A stretch of 64,000 nt of DNA from Mayamaea pseudoterrestris (lineage: Eukaryota). Below the pieces are notes generated by a model. That model saw nothing but the letters and a program-made list of their open reading frames with translations, was not told the DNA's origin and made no database searches. Where the stretch lies: contig BROI01000010.1 in assembly GCA_027923505.1 (NCBI GenBank), forward strand, positions 372,001 to 436,000. Direction: 5' to 3'. Below, piece after piece: positions 37,101 to 45,868 of the stretch. A program made the position numbers and the translations under genes. Position 1 is the stretch's first letter. Each line of letters begins with the position of its first letter.

Positions 37101-38460
37101 TCTTCCCTGTCAAATGCCCCATGCCCTGGCCACCCAAATACCCAATGAGTCAGGCAAAACATGTCCAGGGTATGCCATTGACAGGTGCAGAGTCTCAAAT
37201 GGTGCAAAAAGGACTGCCTGGAGGCTGACACCATGGGTACGGCCTCCACAGTGGGTATGGCCAACACCACAAGTTGCAGATTTTCCCCTGTCAAACGCCC
37301 CATGCCCTGGCCACCCAAATACCCAATGAGTCAGGCAAAACATGTCCAGGGTATACCATTGACAGGTGCAGAGTCTCAAATGGTGCAAAAAGGACTGCCT
37401 GGAGGCTGACACCATGGGTACGGCCTCCACTGTGGGTATGGCCAACACCACAAGTTGCAGATTCTTCCCTGTCAAACGCCCCATGCCCTGGCCACCCAAA
37501 TACCCAATGAGTCAGGCCAAACATGTCCAGGGGATGCCATTGACAGGTGCATAGTCTCAAATGGTGCAAAAAGGACTGCCTGGAGGCTGAAAACATGGGT
37601 ACGGCCTCCACTGTTGGTATGGCCAACACCACAAGTTGCAGATTCTTCCCTGTCAAACGCCCCATGCCCTGGCCACCCAAATACCCAATGAGTCAGGCGA
37701 AACATGTCCAGGGGATGCCATTGACAGGTGCAGAGTCTCAAATGGTGCAAAAAAGGACTGCCTGGAGGCTGAAAACATGGGTACGGCCTCCACTGTGGGT
37801 ATGGCCAACATCACAAGTTGCAGATTCTTCCCTGTCAAACGCCCCATGCCCTGGACACCCAAATACCCAATGAGTCAGGCGAAACATGTCCAGGGTATGC
37901 CATTGACAGGTGCGTAGTCTCAAATGGTGCAAGGACTGCCTGGAGCTGACACAGGAGTGCGGCCTCCACTGTGGGGTATGGCCCACCACATTGCAGATTC
38001 CTCCCTCCCTGGCCACCCATACCCGTCACAAAATGTCCGGATAGGCCATTGACGGGTGCAGAGTCTCAAATGGTACAAAAGGACTGCCTGGAGCTGAACG
38101 TGCGACACACATCAATGAGTCAGGCAAAACATTCTAGGTATCCATTGACAGTCATCTCAAATGGTGCAAAGGACTGCCTGGAGGCTGACACCACGCCCGG
38201 GTAAACCACCAATTGCGATTCTTCCCTTCAAAGCACCCCATCCCTGTGCCACAAATACCCAATGTCAGCAAACTCAGTATCCATTGACGGGTGCAGATCT
38301 CATGGTGCCAAAAGACTGCCTGGAGGCTGAAAACATGGTCTGACCTCCACTGTGGGTATAGCCAACACCACAGTTGCAGATTCTTCCCTGTCCAAACGCC
38401 CCCATGCCCTGGCCACCAAATGAGTCCGGCAAAACATCTCCATTGACAGGTCACAATGTC
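34191..38460. repeat. 181-bp satellite array (~23 monomers; some are 186 bp with an extra ggatg)
   Basis: Unit cctgtcaaacgccccatgccctggccacccaaatacccaatgagtcaggcaaaacatgtccagggtatgccattgacaggtgcagagtctcaaatggtgc... ORF coordinates are spaced 181 bp (36024, 36205, 36386). The sequence is degraded or noisy after ~37930. Confidence 0.96.
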
Positions 38461-39163
38461 GGGCAAAACAGGAGTAGATACGCTGTATTCCGTGCGACTG
38501 TATGTCACCCAGCAGCAGCAGCGGCAGCACCCACAGAACTTTGGTGATCCCCATCATTTGAAGAATTCCTACCTTTCATTATACTTTTGGTAAGGTCAAT
38601 CAACCTCTGCAACCTTGGTGGTCATGCAAATCCTACAAGTTTTGGGAATAGATATGCTTGCTTCCACATAGCTAAGTATCCCATACGTTGCCACACCACA
38701 CCACCAGGTCCGCTGGGCATCCCCATCAATTACAAACATTGCCACCTTCAGCCAAAGTATCAATGAGGCCAACAAACCCAAACAAACCTGGCAAGCTCAA
38801 GTTTTGGGAAAGCTGTGGGAGTAGATGGGCCAAATAGAACAACAGCACAGTCTATAAATCCGAACCAATCAAACTATGGATGTGATTGTCTTTTAAGCCA
38901 TTGCCACCTTTTGACAAGGTATACATGAGGAACTTATAGCACTTACAATGTTGGACAACTCATGTTTTCCTGGCAAAACAGGAGTAGATACGCTTATTCC
39001 GTGTGACTGTATGTCACGCAGGAGCAGCAGCGGCAGCACCCACAGAACTTTGGTGATCCCCATCATTTGAAGCATTCCACCTATCATTATGCTTTTGGTA
39101 AGGTCAATCAACCTCTGCAACCTTGGTGGTCATGCAAATCCTACAAGTTTGGGGAATAGACAT
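38461..39163. repeat. ~510-bp tandem repeat, ~1.4 copies, cut by the LTR
   Basis: The block ggcaaaacaggagtagatacgc...ctacaagttt(t/g)gggaataga occurs at 38462 and 38972. Confidence 0.85.
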
Positions 39164-39558
39164 TAACACCGTTGATGATTTTGCAGTCAACGTCTTACCT
39201 CCAAAAAGCTCCGATACAGGGTCCTTGGCCACGGTCTGTACAGCTCTTGATGGAGATGGCTCGTCGAATAGTCTTGCGCTCACCACTACACGAATACGAC
39301 TGCACTCTCGTCGCAAACTTGTAGTTCTATATTGTGAGCTTATCGCTACATCGCTACATCGACCACTCGGAAGATCATCCGATCAATCCGTTTCTTTCAA
39401 TCACATTACATCAGTCGTAATCAGTCGTTCCATTCATACAACGCATCCACACGACGGTTGCGCACTTTCTTCATTCACATGTCACATACGACAGCTGCGG
39501 ACTCGACACAAGCTAATTAGGGTTCGGGCTCTTGACTTCGCCGCTCTGCGACTTGTCA
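39164..39558 (-). repeat. 3' LTR of copia A2 (395 bp, TGACA...TGTTA)
   Basis: Direct repeat of 45482-45868. Identity starts at taacaccgttg (39164) and ends at acttgtca (39558). Confidence 0.93.
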
Positions 39559-42500
39559 CTCCCCTCGGGTACGCTGCTCGTCGTAGCCGCATTCTTGTCC
39601 TTCACAATCGCATACGATGTATCACCACACCAAAACAATACTGGCTTGAGCAATGGCATCGCATCACAGTACGGCAGGTACTTCGTCAGTACGTCCGCAA
39701 TGTTCTCCTTTCCGTCAATCTTTACAAACTTGATAATCCCCGCAGCAACTGCCCAACGAACACGATGGTAGGCCAACGCATTGTGTCGCTTGGACAATGT
39801 CGAACTCGGGATTGTAGATTGCGTAATCACTGCTTGGTTGTCTCCGTACATCCAGGCAGACTTCTCCAATGGTACGCCCATAGCCATGAGCGACGCACGT
39901 AGAGAAATGCTGATATCCGTTCCACTCTTTGCTACGCCGAATTCCGATCCGAAGGTCGCAGTCTCGACTGTAGCCTGGAGTTTGCAATGCCAGTCGACAG
40001 GCGTCTGGTTGACAAATGACAAAACTCCTTCCAATGACTTGCCTGTCACCATGCAATGCATGAGACACGCATCCTCGAAAGTTGATGTTCGTACAGTCAC
40101 ACCCTTTGGCGGTGGGTAGACGTCCAACATCTCATCAACTCCGTCCTTCCCGTAAACGCTGCGCTCCCAATCTTGTTCCTCCATGGTGCCGAAGTGCTCC
40201 TCGTTGGCTGGCCACTTCGTACGGAAACGGATTGCTGCGTCTGGTAACTCTCGCAAATATCCACAGACTCGCTTCACCCGCTGCAGGTGTCCCTTGCGCG
40301 GCTCCACACGGAATCGCGACAGGCTCACAACTGCAACGGCAATGTCAAATCGTCCCAAAGTAATCGCCCACTGAGGTGCTCCGACTAGAGACTGGTAAAT
40401 CTTCTTCTCTTGGTCGTTCAGTAGCTCGCTTTGGTCAAGTTCGGGATGATCGTCTTTGTCGATTGGTGATGAATACTTCTTCGGAGGACCTTCAAACAAA
40501 CGCTCGTACTGCGCCAAGAGTTTCGCAACGTAGGTCTTGGCCGACCAGTAAAGAGTTCCATCAGGGTCTCGTCCAAAGTCACCGCCGAGATGATACTCGG
40601 GATGTCCAACACCTTTGAGCTTAAACTTATACTTCTCCTCTAGCATCTTGAAGAACGCTGCTGGATCGTCTGAAATATTCAACAGATCGTCGACCCATAC
40701 ACAGAGGTAGTCGTAGCTGTCGCCGGCGTCCTTGATCCACAGATCGGAATCGCAATAGGACGGCTTCCACCCTTCCGCAAGTAGGGCGTCGGCTAAGCGT
40801 TCGTGAAATCGTGCTCCGCTCGTTCGCAATCCGTACAAAGCCTTGACGATGACCAGGATGTGTCCTTCGCGCTCCCCGAACTCGGGGCCTCCAACGAAGT
40901 ATACCTTCTCCTTGGTGAACGCTTTGAGATAAGCATTCCCAATGTCACCGACCATGCACTTCTTGCCGTTTGCTTCTCCAATGACGAGAGCTAGACGCAT
41001 TGCCTTCAATGATATAACACTGGAGTAGGCATCGTCGTTGTCTTTCGTCATGTGGCCGCCTGCAACGAGACTTGCCTTGTATCGCAAATCGTGCTTGACA
41101 TCGTACACAAAATGGACTCGGATCTTCTGGTAACCAGTTGGTGGTGTTGTGGTGGAACTCAGACCGAGATCTTGAAACGTCTCGTACTCGTCCAGGTTCG
41201 CAAGCTCCACGCCTTCCGCATCCGTCCACTTCGTGTGCCCTGCAGCTTCCTGCAAACGCCGCGCTTCCTTCCAATCTCGGGGTACTTGGACTCCAAACTT
41301 GTAGCGCGGTCCGTTCTTCTGCTGCTCCATTCGGGCGGTCGCCACCTTGCGCGCAACCTTCTTGGCGTTCCGGGCCCATCGATTCAACGATGCCCATCCG
41401 TCCTTGTCGAGAAGATTATGCTTTTGCGCGTAGGCTGCCACTGATACTTTGTCGCTTTCGATCATCGCGTTGAGAGGCTCCCAAGTCTTGGATCCATCGT
41501 CCCATTGTACAAGGACGTTCCACTTGGAGTGCTTCCAGTTCTTCAACTTGCTCGTCAGCGGACCCTGATGGTCTAGAATCTCCTTGAAGAACCATTTACG
41601 CCCAGGATTCGCCATGTCTTGGTTCACTTCGGCCTCGTAGAGATCGGAAACCTCGACATAGGACATGACTTCGTCCGCTTCGCCGTTACCAAGTTTCAGC
41701 ATCATTTTAATGTTTTGATGGTTCTGGGCGTCGCGATTGTTCAGCTTGCTCATGACGGTCGCTCGAACTTCTTGCCCGTCGTCCGTCTTCATGAGAAACG
41801 ACTTGCCGATAAGTTCGTCGGGTGCATACTTCGGGAGTTTGCGCCACGGATTGATGTTCTTCTTCTTCGGCTTGTCGTCGTCGTCATCGGCATGGTTGTC
41901 ATCGGCAGGATTAGGATCTAGCTCCCCGTCGGTCATATCGTCATCTTCCGGGTATTCCACCGTCTCGACCAAAGGGGTATCGTCTTCGTCAGGAATGAAA
42001 GAATCTTCGTCTCTGCTGTCGGCGTCGGTAATCTTCTTGATCATTTCCGGCATAAGGATCTCGCCACCTAGACCAGGTACGGTATAGAGACGCGGCTCCC
42101 CTTCTTTCATGACTGGGGAAGCAGGTGCCGGTACGCGAAGGTTCAAAAATTTTGGGTCATTTCGTGGTAAGCAAACCGATCGCGTCATGATCTCGTGGGT
42201 CTCGCAATCGCAGATGAAGTACGTCAGGTCGTCTCCGCACGTCGTGTTGGGACCAAGCCAGTACGCCGCGCGCTGGCGGGTACCCGGTGCCTCGACATCC
42301 TTGACAAAGTAGTTGACAATTTCAAACCAACGAAAATGCAAATACTTCGACACGTCGGGGACTTGCCCAGTGATAAACTCGATGGGAGACTTGCCGTCCA
42401 AGGCAGGATGCGACAAATGACGGTACATCTCGGTCTGAAAGAGTAAAGCGCGTAGCCAGAAGCATGCCGGAGTGCCCGTTCGGTCCATAAGTCGTTCATG

Positions 42501-42968
42501 ACTTTCCTTTACGTGCCCGATGATGCGCTCGGCTGGGTTTTGATTCTGGTAGTACGGCTCCGATGTATGACGACGGCGAATCATGAACTCGCGCATTACT
42601 TCGTCAAACTCGGCACTCATCGCTTCTTTCGCATTATCCGAGAAGACTTCCAACGGAGCTCCAAACTCGCGGATGAAATCACGGAATCGTTTCGGTACGT
42701 CACCTTTCGTCCGCATGGGATACACGACAATGATCTGACTGCGACAACCATAGAATAGCTGCACGCATGTGCACCCTGCATGTCCGTCGATATGGTCATC
42801 CATGGCAGGTTCGTCGAAGAACATGGTGTCATGGGCCACTCGATCATCTAGACGGTAGACGTTCAGGAATCGGCTCTTCGATGCATTCGTGGGGGGTATC
42901 GGCGCCAGTGCATGTTGAACTGCGTGCTGTGGCGCAAAGTATCCTTGATCGTCTGCGCCGGGTACCAT
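39513..42968 (-). CDS. pol: pol portion of copia A2: integrase, chromodomain-like module, RT and RNase H; the ORF ends inside the 3' LTR
   Basis: 1151-aa ORF with integrase D(TMF)-D(FSDNA)-E(NPAE), RT YDVKHD/KALYGLRTSG/WVDDLL, and RNase H FEDA/GSEF/GDN/ADVLTK. The first ~30 codons are out of the true frame. Confidence 0.92.
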   Translation of the reverse strand: MVPGADDQGYFAPQHAVQHALAPIPPTNASKSRFLNVYRLDDRVAHDTMFFDEPAMDDHIDGHAGCTCVQLFYGCRSQIIVVYPMRTKGDVPKRFRDFIREFGAPLEVFSDNAKEAMSAEFDEVMREFMIRRRHTSEPYYQNQNPAERIIGHVKESHERLMDRTGTPACFWLRALLFQTEMYRHLSHPALDGKSPIEFITGQVPDVSKYLHFRWFEIVNYFVKDVEAPGTRQRAAYWLGPNTTCGDDLTYFICDCETHEIMTRSVCLPRNDPKFLNLRVPAPASPVMKEGEPRLYTVPGLGGEILMPEMIKKITDADSRDEDSFIPDEDDTPLVETVEYPEDDDMTDGELDPNPADDNHADDDDDKPKKKNINPWRKLPKYAPDELIGKSFLMKTDDGQEVRATVMSKLNNRDAQNHQNIKMMLKLGNGEADEVMSYVEVSDLYEAEVNQDMANPGRKWFFKEILDHQGPLTSKLKNWKHSKWNVLVQWDDGSKTWEPLNAMIESDKVSVAAYAQKHNLLDKDGWASLNRWARNAKKVARKVATARMEQQKNGPRYKFGVQVPRDWKEARRLQEAAGHTKWTDAEGVELANLDEYETFQDLGLSSTTTPPTGYQKIRVHFVYDVKHDLRYKASLVAGGHMTKDNDDAYSSVISLKAMRLALVIGEANGKKCMVGDIGNAYLKAFTKEKVYFVGGPEFGEREGHILVIVKALYGLRTSGARFHERLADALLAEGWKPSYCDSDLWIKDAGDSYDYLCVWVDDLLNISDDPAAFFKMLEEKYKFKLKGVGHPEYHLGGDFGRDPDGTLYWSAKTYVAKLLAQYERLFEGPPKKYSSPIDKDDHPELDQSELLNDQEKKIYQSLVGAPQWAITLGRFDIAVAVVSLSRFRVEPRKGHLQRVKRVCGYLRELPDAAIRFRTKWPANEEHFGTMEEQDWERSVYGKDGVDEMLDVYPPPKGVTVRTSTFEDACLMHCMVTGKSLEGVLSFVNQTPVDWHCKLQATVETATFGSEFGVAKSGTDISISLRASLMAMGVPLEKSAWMYGDNQAVITQSTIPSSTLSKRHNALAYHRVRWAVAAGIIKFVKIDGKENIADVLTKYLPYCDAMPLLKPVLFWCGDTSYAIVKDKNAATTSSVPEGSDKSQSGEVKSPNPN
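39559..39566 (-). other. Polypurine tract GAGGGGAG
   Basis: Plus strand ctcccctc is immediately adjacent to the TG start of the 3' LTR. Confidence 0.8.
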
Positions 42969-43173
42969 GCAAAGTTCGGCAGCAATGCGTCGATATCAGG
43001 TTTCTTTGGCAGGATAGACTTGTAGGGCTGATAGACGAGATCCGCATTGTACTTCTGTACGACGGCACAAACATTCAGCTCCTTCGGTGTAAACAGGTTG
43101 ATTGTCGTGTCCGAGATTCGTATAAGTCACGTTGCTCTGACGATGGGTGCGATTCCGCGTACGCTGAAGCGTG

Positions 43174-45384
43174 TCACGCGCGTGAAGCCCTCTTCGTCGT
43201 CACTGTCTTCGTCGTCTTCGTCGCGCGACAACAAGTCCGGACGTCGTCCTCGTCGTCATCGTCATCCGAAGAGTCATAGTCGTCGGACTCGGTCGGCTCG
43301 ACGTCAAACTCATTCGGATCCCAAGGCCCATCGAAAGTCATCATGACCCGAGGTAAGGTGTGAAGCTCATGCGCCGACACTGGAAACATTGGCAAGGTCG
43401 CCATGCCACTTTCCATTCCGAGCATAAACTTGTATCCATCTGGCGTTTCGATTCGTAACTTGCCACCAAAGTTGTAATGCTTATCGTTGACATGAAGTCC
43501 GAAGGCTTCCATCTGCATACTCGAATGAATCGTCTTGCCGGTTCCAGAATATGCGTAATTATGGAACTCGCCGACGACCCAACCCTTGGTGCTCTTAAGC
43601 TTGGCGACTGCTGTGACGGTAGACAGGTCCGGAAGTTTGAGACCACCGACTCCAGTGACTTCAATCTTGTGGAACTTGTCCTCGGTAAGGATGCGGCCGT
43701 CCGCTCCCCATACTCCGCCACTCGCGCCGCGATCGACAGTCGACGCTGAATGCTTATCCAAGTCAATGCTCGCGACTTTGTACTTGCGACTCTGAGCAAT
43801 ATTTGCTCCCCGAGTCGTAGTCGTGGGCTGGTCTGGACCTAAGAAACTTCGCATCGCTGAGCCACGGCTAGTGTTGTTCACACGTTCGGTCGCCGCACTC
43901 GCCGTCGTTGCCGCTGATGAAGTGGCTGCGACGTTAGCGTTGCGTGTTGTACTCGTCGTCTGCGTGGTGCCTGCCTGTGTTGCTGATGCCGAACCACCTG
44001 CAGCACTGGCCGCTCGACTCGTACCACGGCGTTCAAACACTTCATGTTGCTGATCGCGGGTAAGGAGTCGCCACGTGTTTGGTGGAATCGTCGCATTCAC
44101 GTCGCTGGGAATTTCGATCGTCTTCGTGTCGGCATAGCTGCGAACATACGAGCGAGTATCTCCCCGACCGCGGCCGCCGCCGCCTCGTCCCGTACTCAAG
44201 TCGCCGCGACCACCGCCCCCCTGATTGGATTGCTGATTGTTGCTGCTACTTGGCGTAGACTGGGAATTGTTCGCGCTTGCCTTCTTCGTCTTCTCCTTCT
44301 CTTTCTTGGTTTGCTCAGATTGGTTCGCCTGGCGCTTCTCGGTCTCCTTGATGCCACGACGATTGTCAGATTGTCGGGCGGCGTTCAGGAGGTTCCAAAA
44401 CTGGGTGTACGTCATCGGGTTGCCGGTCTTGGACTCTTCGATCAGCGCCATGTTCACCGCCGATGCCATATCCGCATGGCGGAAAACCGCGCGCTCCAAA
44501 ATCTGACGCTTCGTGCTTGCTGTAAGTAGCTCGGTTTCCTCGGCGTAGTCATTGTAGTTCTCTTCCTTGCTGGACCACTGGATAAGCCAATTGACGAGAG
44601 ACTTGGCGTAACTCGCGTCGAGAGTGAAATTGCGCCATTCGTCTTCGGCCGAACGTAGATCCAACTTGCGCGCCATCCCGTCGAGGAATGTCGCCTCCAA
44701 CTCTGCAATGCACGCTGAGGCATTCGCGCTGTCGATGTGCTTGCGGACAATGAGCTTGCTCTGCGGTGTCTTGCAGGTATACTCGAGCGCCGCTAAAAGC
44801 TTCGAACACTGATACTGATACTCGGCGAATTCGGGGTCGAGTGCGGCTGGTGCCTTGAACTCGTCGTCCCAAAAGTAGCCAAGTCGCTCGCTTCGCATGC
44901 GGTTCTTGAAGGCCCGCCAGTAGGAGCAGAACTTGCGATCGTTCTTGAGCTCCAGCATGGTCTTCAGATCCAGCTTGATGTCGTGTCGCTTCGTCGTGGT
45001 GTCGTTGCCTCCGATAACGCTGAAGTCTCCGAAACTGCGGTTGCCTGCGGTTGGTGACCCCGGTGCTACTGGGAGTTCTCGGCTCGTAATGTGGTCTTTC
45101 TCCAGGTCTTGCCATTGCGCAGTCGTTCGACGTTGCTCGTGAATCCAACTCATGAGCTTGCGCAATCGGCTTGTTCGTATCGTCGACCACTGGTGCTGGG
45201 TCTTAATGTTCGTCACGTCTTGTTCCGACAGCTCGGCCATCGCCTCCGCAGTCGTGAGTTCCTCTTGCTCGAAACACACTGCGGTAGGGTCGTTTGGATC
45301 CCAAGTTGCGGATGCTGCGAGCCACGGAATGTCGAAGACTTTACCGACGGCACGCTTGTAGGTCGTTACATCAATCGTCGCCAT
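43174..45384 (-). CDS. gag: gag-protease portion of copia A2
   Basis: 736-aa ORF near-identical to A1 gag, with an RGG-rich segment and protease motif VDRGASGG. It connects to pol through several small indels at ~42880-43240. Confidence 0.88.
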   Translation of the reverse strand: MATIDVTTYKRAVGKVFDIPWLAASATWDPNDPTAVCFEQEELTTAEAMAELSEQDVTNIKTQHQWSTIRTSRLRKLMSWIHEQRRTTAQWQDLEKDHITSRELPVAPGSPTAGNRSFGDFSVIGGNDTTTKRHDIKLDLKTMLELKNDRKFCSYWRAFKNRMRSERLGYFWDDEFKAPAALDPEFAEYQYQCSKLLAALEYTCKTPQSKLIVRKHIDSANASACIAELEATFLDGMARKLDLRSAEDEWRNFTLDASYAKSLVNWLIQWSSKEENYNDYAEETELLTASTKRQILERAVFRHADMASAVNMALIEESKTGNPMTYTQFWNLLNAARQSDNRRGIKETEKRQANQSEQTKKEKEKTKKASANNSQSTPSSSNNQQSNQGGGGRGDLSTGRGGGGRGRGDTRSYVRSYADTKTIEIPSDVNATIPPNTWRLLTRDQQHEVFERRGTSRAASAAGGSASATQAGTTQTTSTTRNANVAATSSAATTASAATERVNNTSRGSAMRSFLGPDQPTTTTRGANIAQSRKYKVASIDLDKHSASTVDRGASGGVWGADGRILTEDKFHKIEVTGVGGLKLPDLSTVTAVAKLKSTKGWVVGEFHNYAYSGTGKTIHSSMQMEAFGLHVNDKHYNFGGKLRIETPDGYKFMLGMESGMATLPMFPVSAHELHTLPRVMMTFDGPWDPNEFDVEPTESDDYDSSDDDDDEDDVRTCCRATKTTKTVTTKRASRA

Positions 45385-45481
45385 GTTGGAGGTTGATCAG
45401 AGGAATCGGACTCGCTGCAGACGAATGTGTCACGATAGCTCCCTCGCTCGCTCTTGCTCTCGAAGCACTGAAATGTTAATC

Positions 45482-45868
45482 TAACACCGTTGACGATTTC
45501 GCAGTCAACGTCTTACCTCCAAAAAGCTCCGATACAGGGTCCTTGGCCACGGTCTGTACAGCTCTTGATGGAGATGGCTCGTCGAATAGTCTTGCGCTCG
45601 CCACTACACGAATACGACTGCACTCTCGTCGCAAACTAGTAGTTCTATATTGTGAGCTTATCGCTACATCGACCACTCGGAAGATCATCCGATCAATCCG
45701 TTTCTTTCAATCACATTACATCAGTCGTAACTGGTCGTTCCATTCATACAACGCATCCACACGACGGTTGCGCACTTTCTTCATTCACATGTCACATACG
45801 ACAGCTGCGGACTCGACACAAGCTAATTAGGGTTCGGGCTCTTGACTTCGCCGCTCTGCGACTTGTCA
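45482..45868 (-). repeat. 5' LTR of copia A2 (387 bp)
   Basis: Matches the 3' LTR apart from an 8-bp indel and about 7 substitutions. It is followed internally by GATTAACA. Confidence 0.93.

Larger units (their letters stand above)
39164..45868 (-). mobile_element. Near-full-length Ty1/copia (CoDi-like) LTR retrotransposon, family A copy A2 (~6.7 kb)
   Basis: Two LTRs, gag-PR-INT-RT-RNaseH order, and a PPT directly before the 3' LTR. No target-site duplication is visible. Confidence 0.96.

Noticed and set aside
17363..38460. Tandem 5S rRNA, tRNA, snRNA or spliced-leader gene arrays
   Set aside because: I found no recognisable 5S, tRNA or snRNA sequence, or pol III box A/B/C pattern, in either monomer. 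An Rfam search would be the definitive test.
42880..43240. Programmed gag-pol frameshift in family A
   Set aside because: The indels lie at different positions in A1 and A2, and combining the copies restores one continuous frame. This points to errors or decay of a single ORF.
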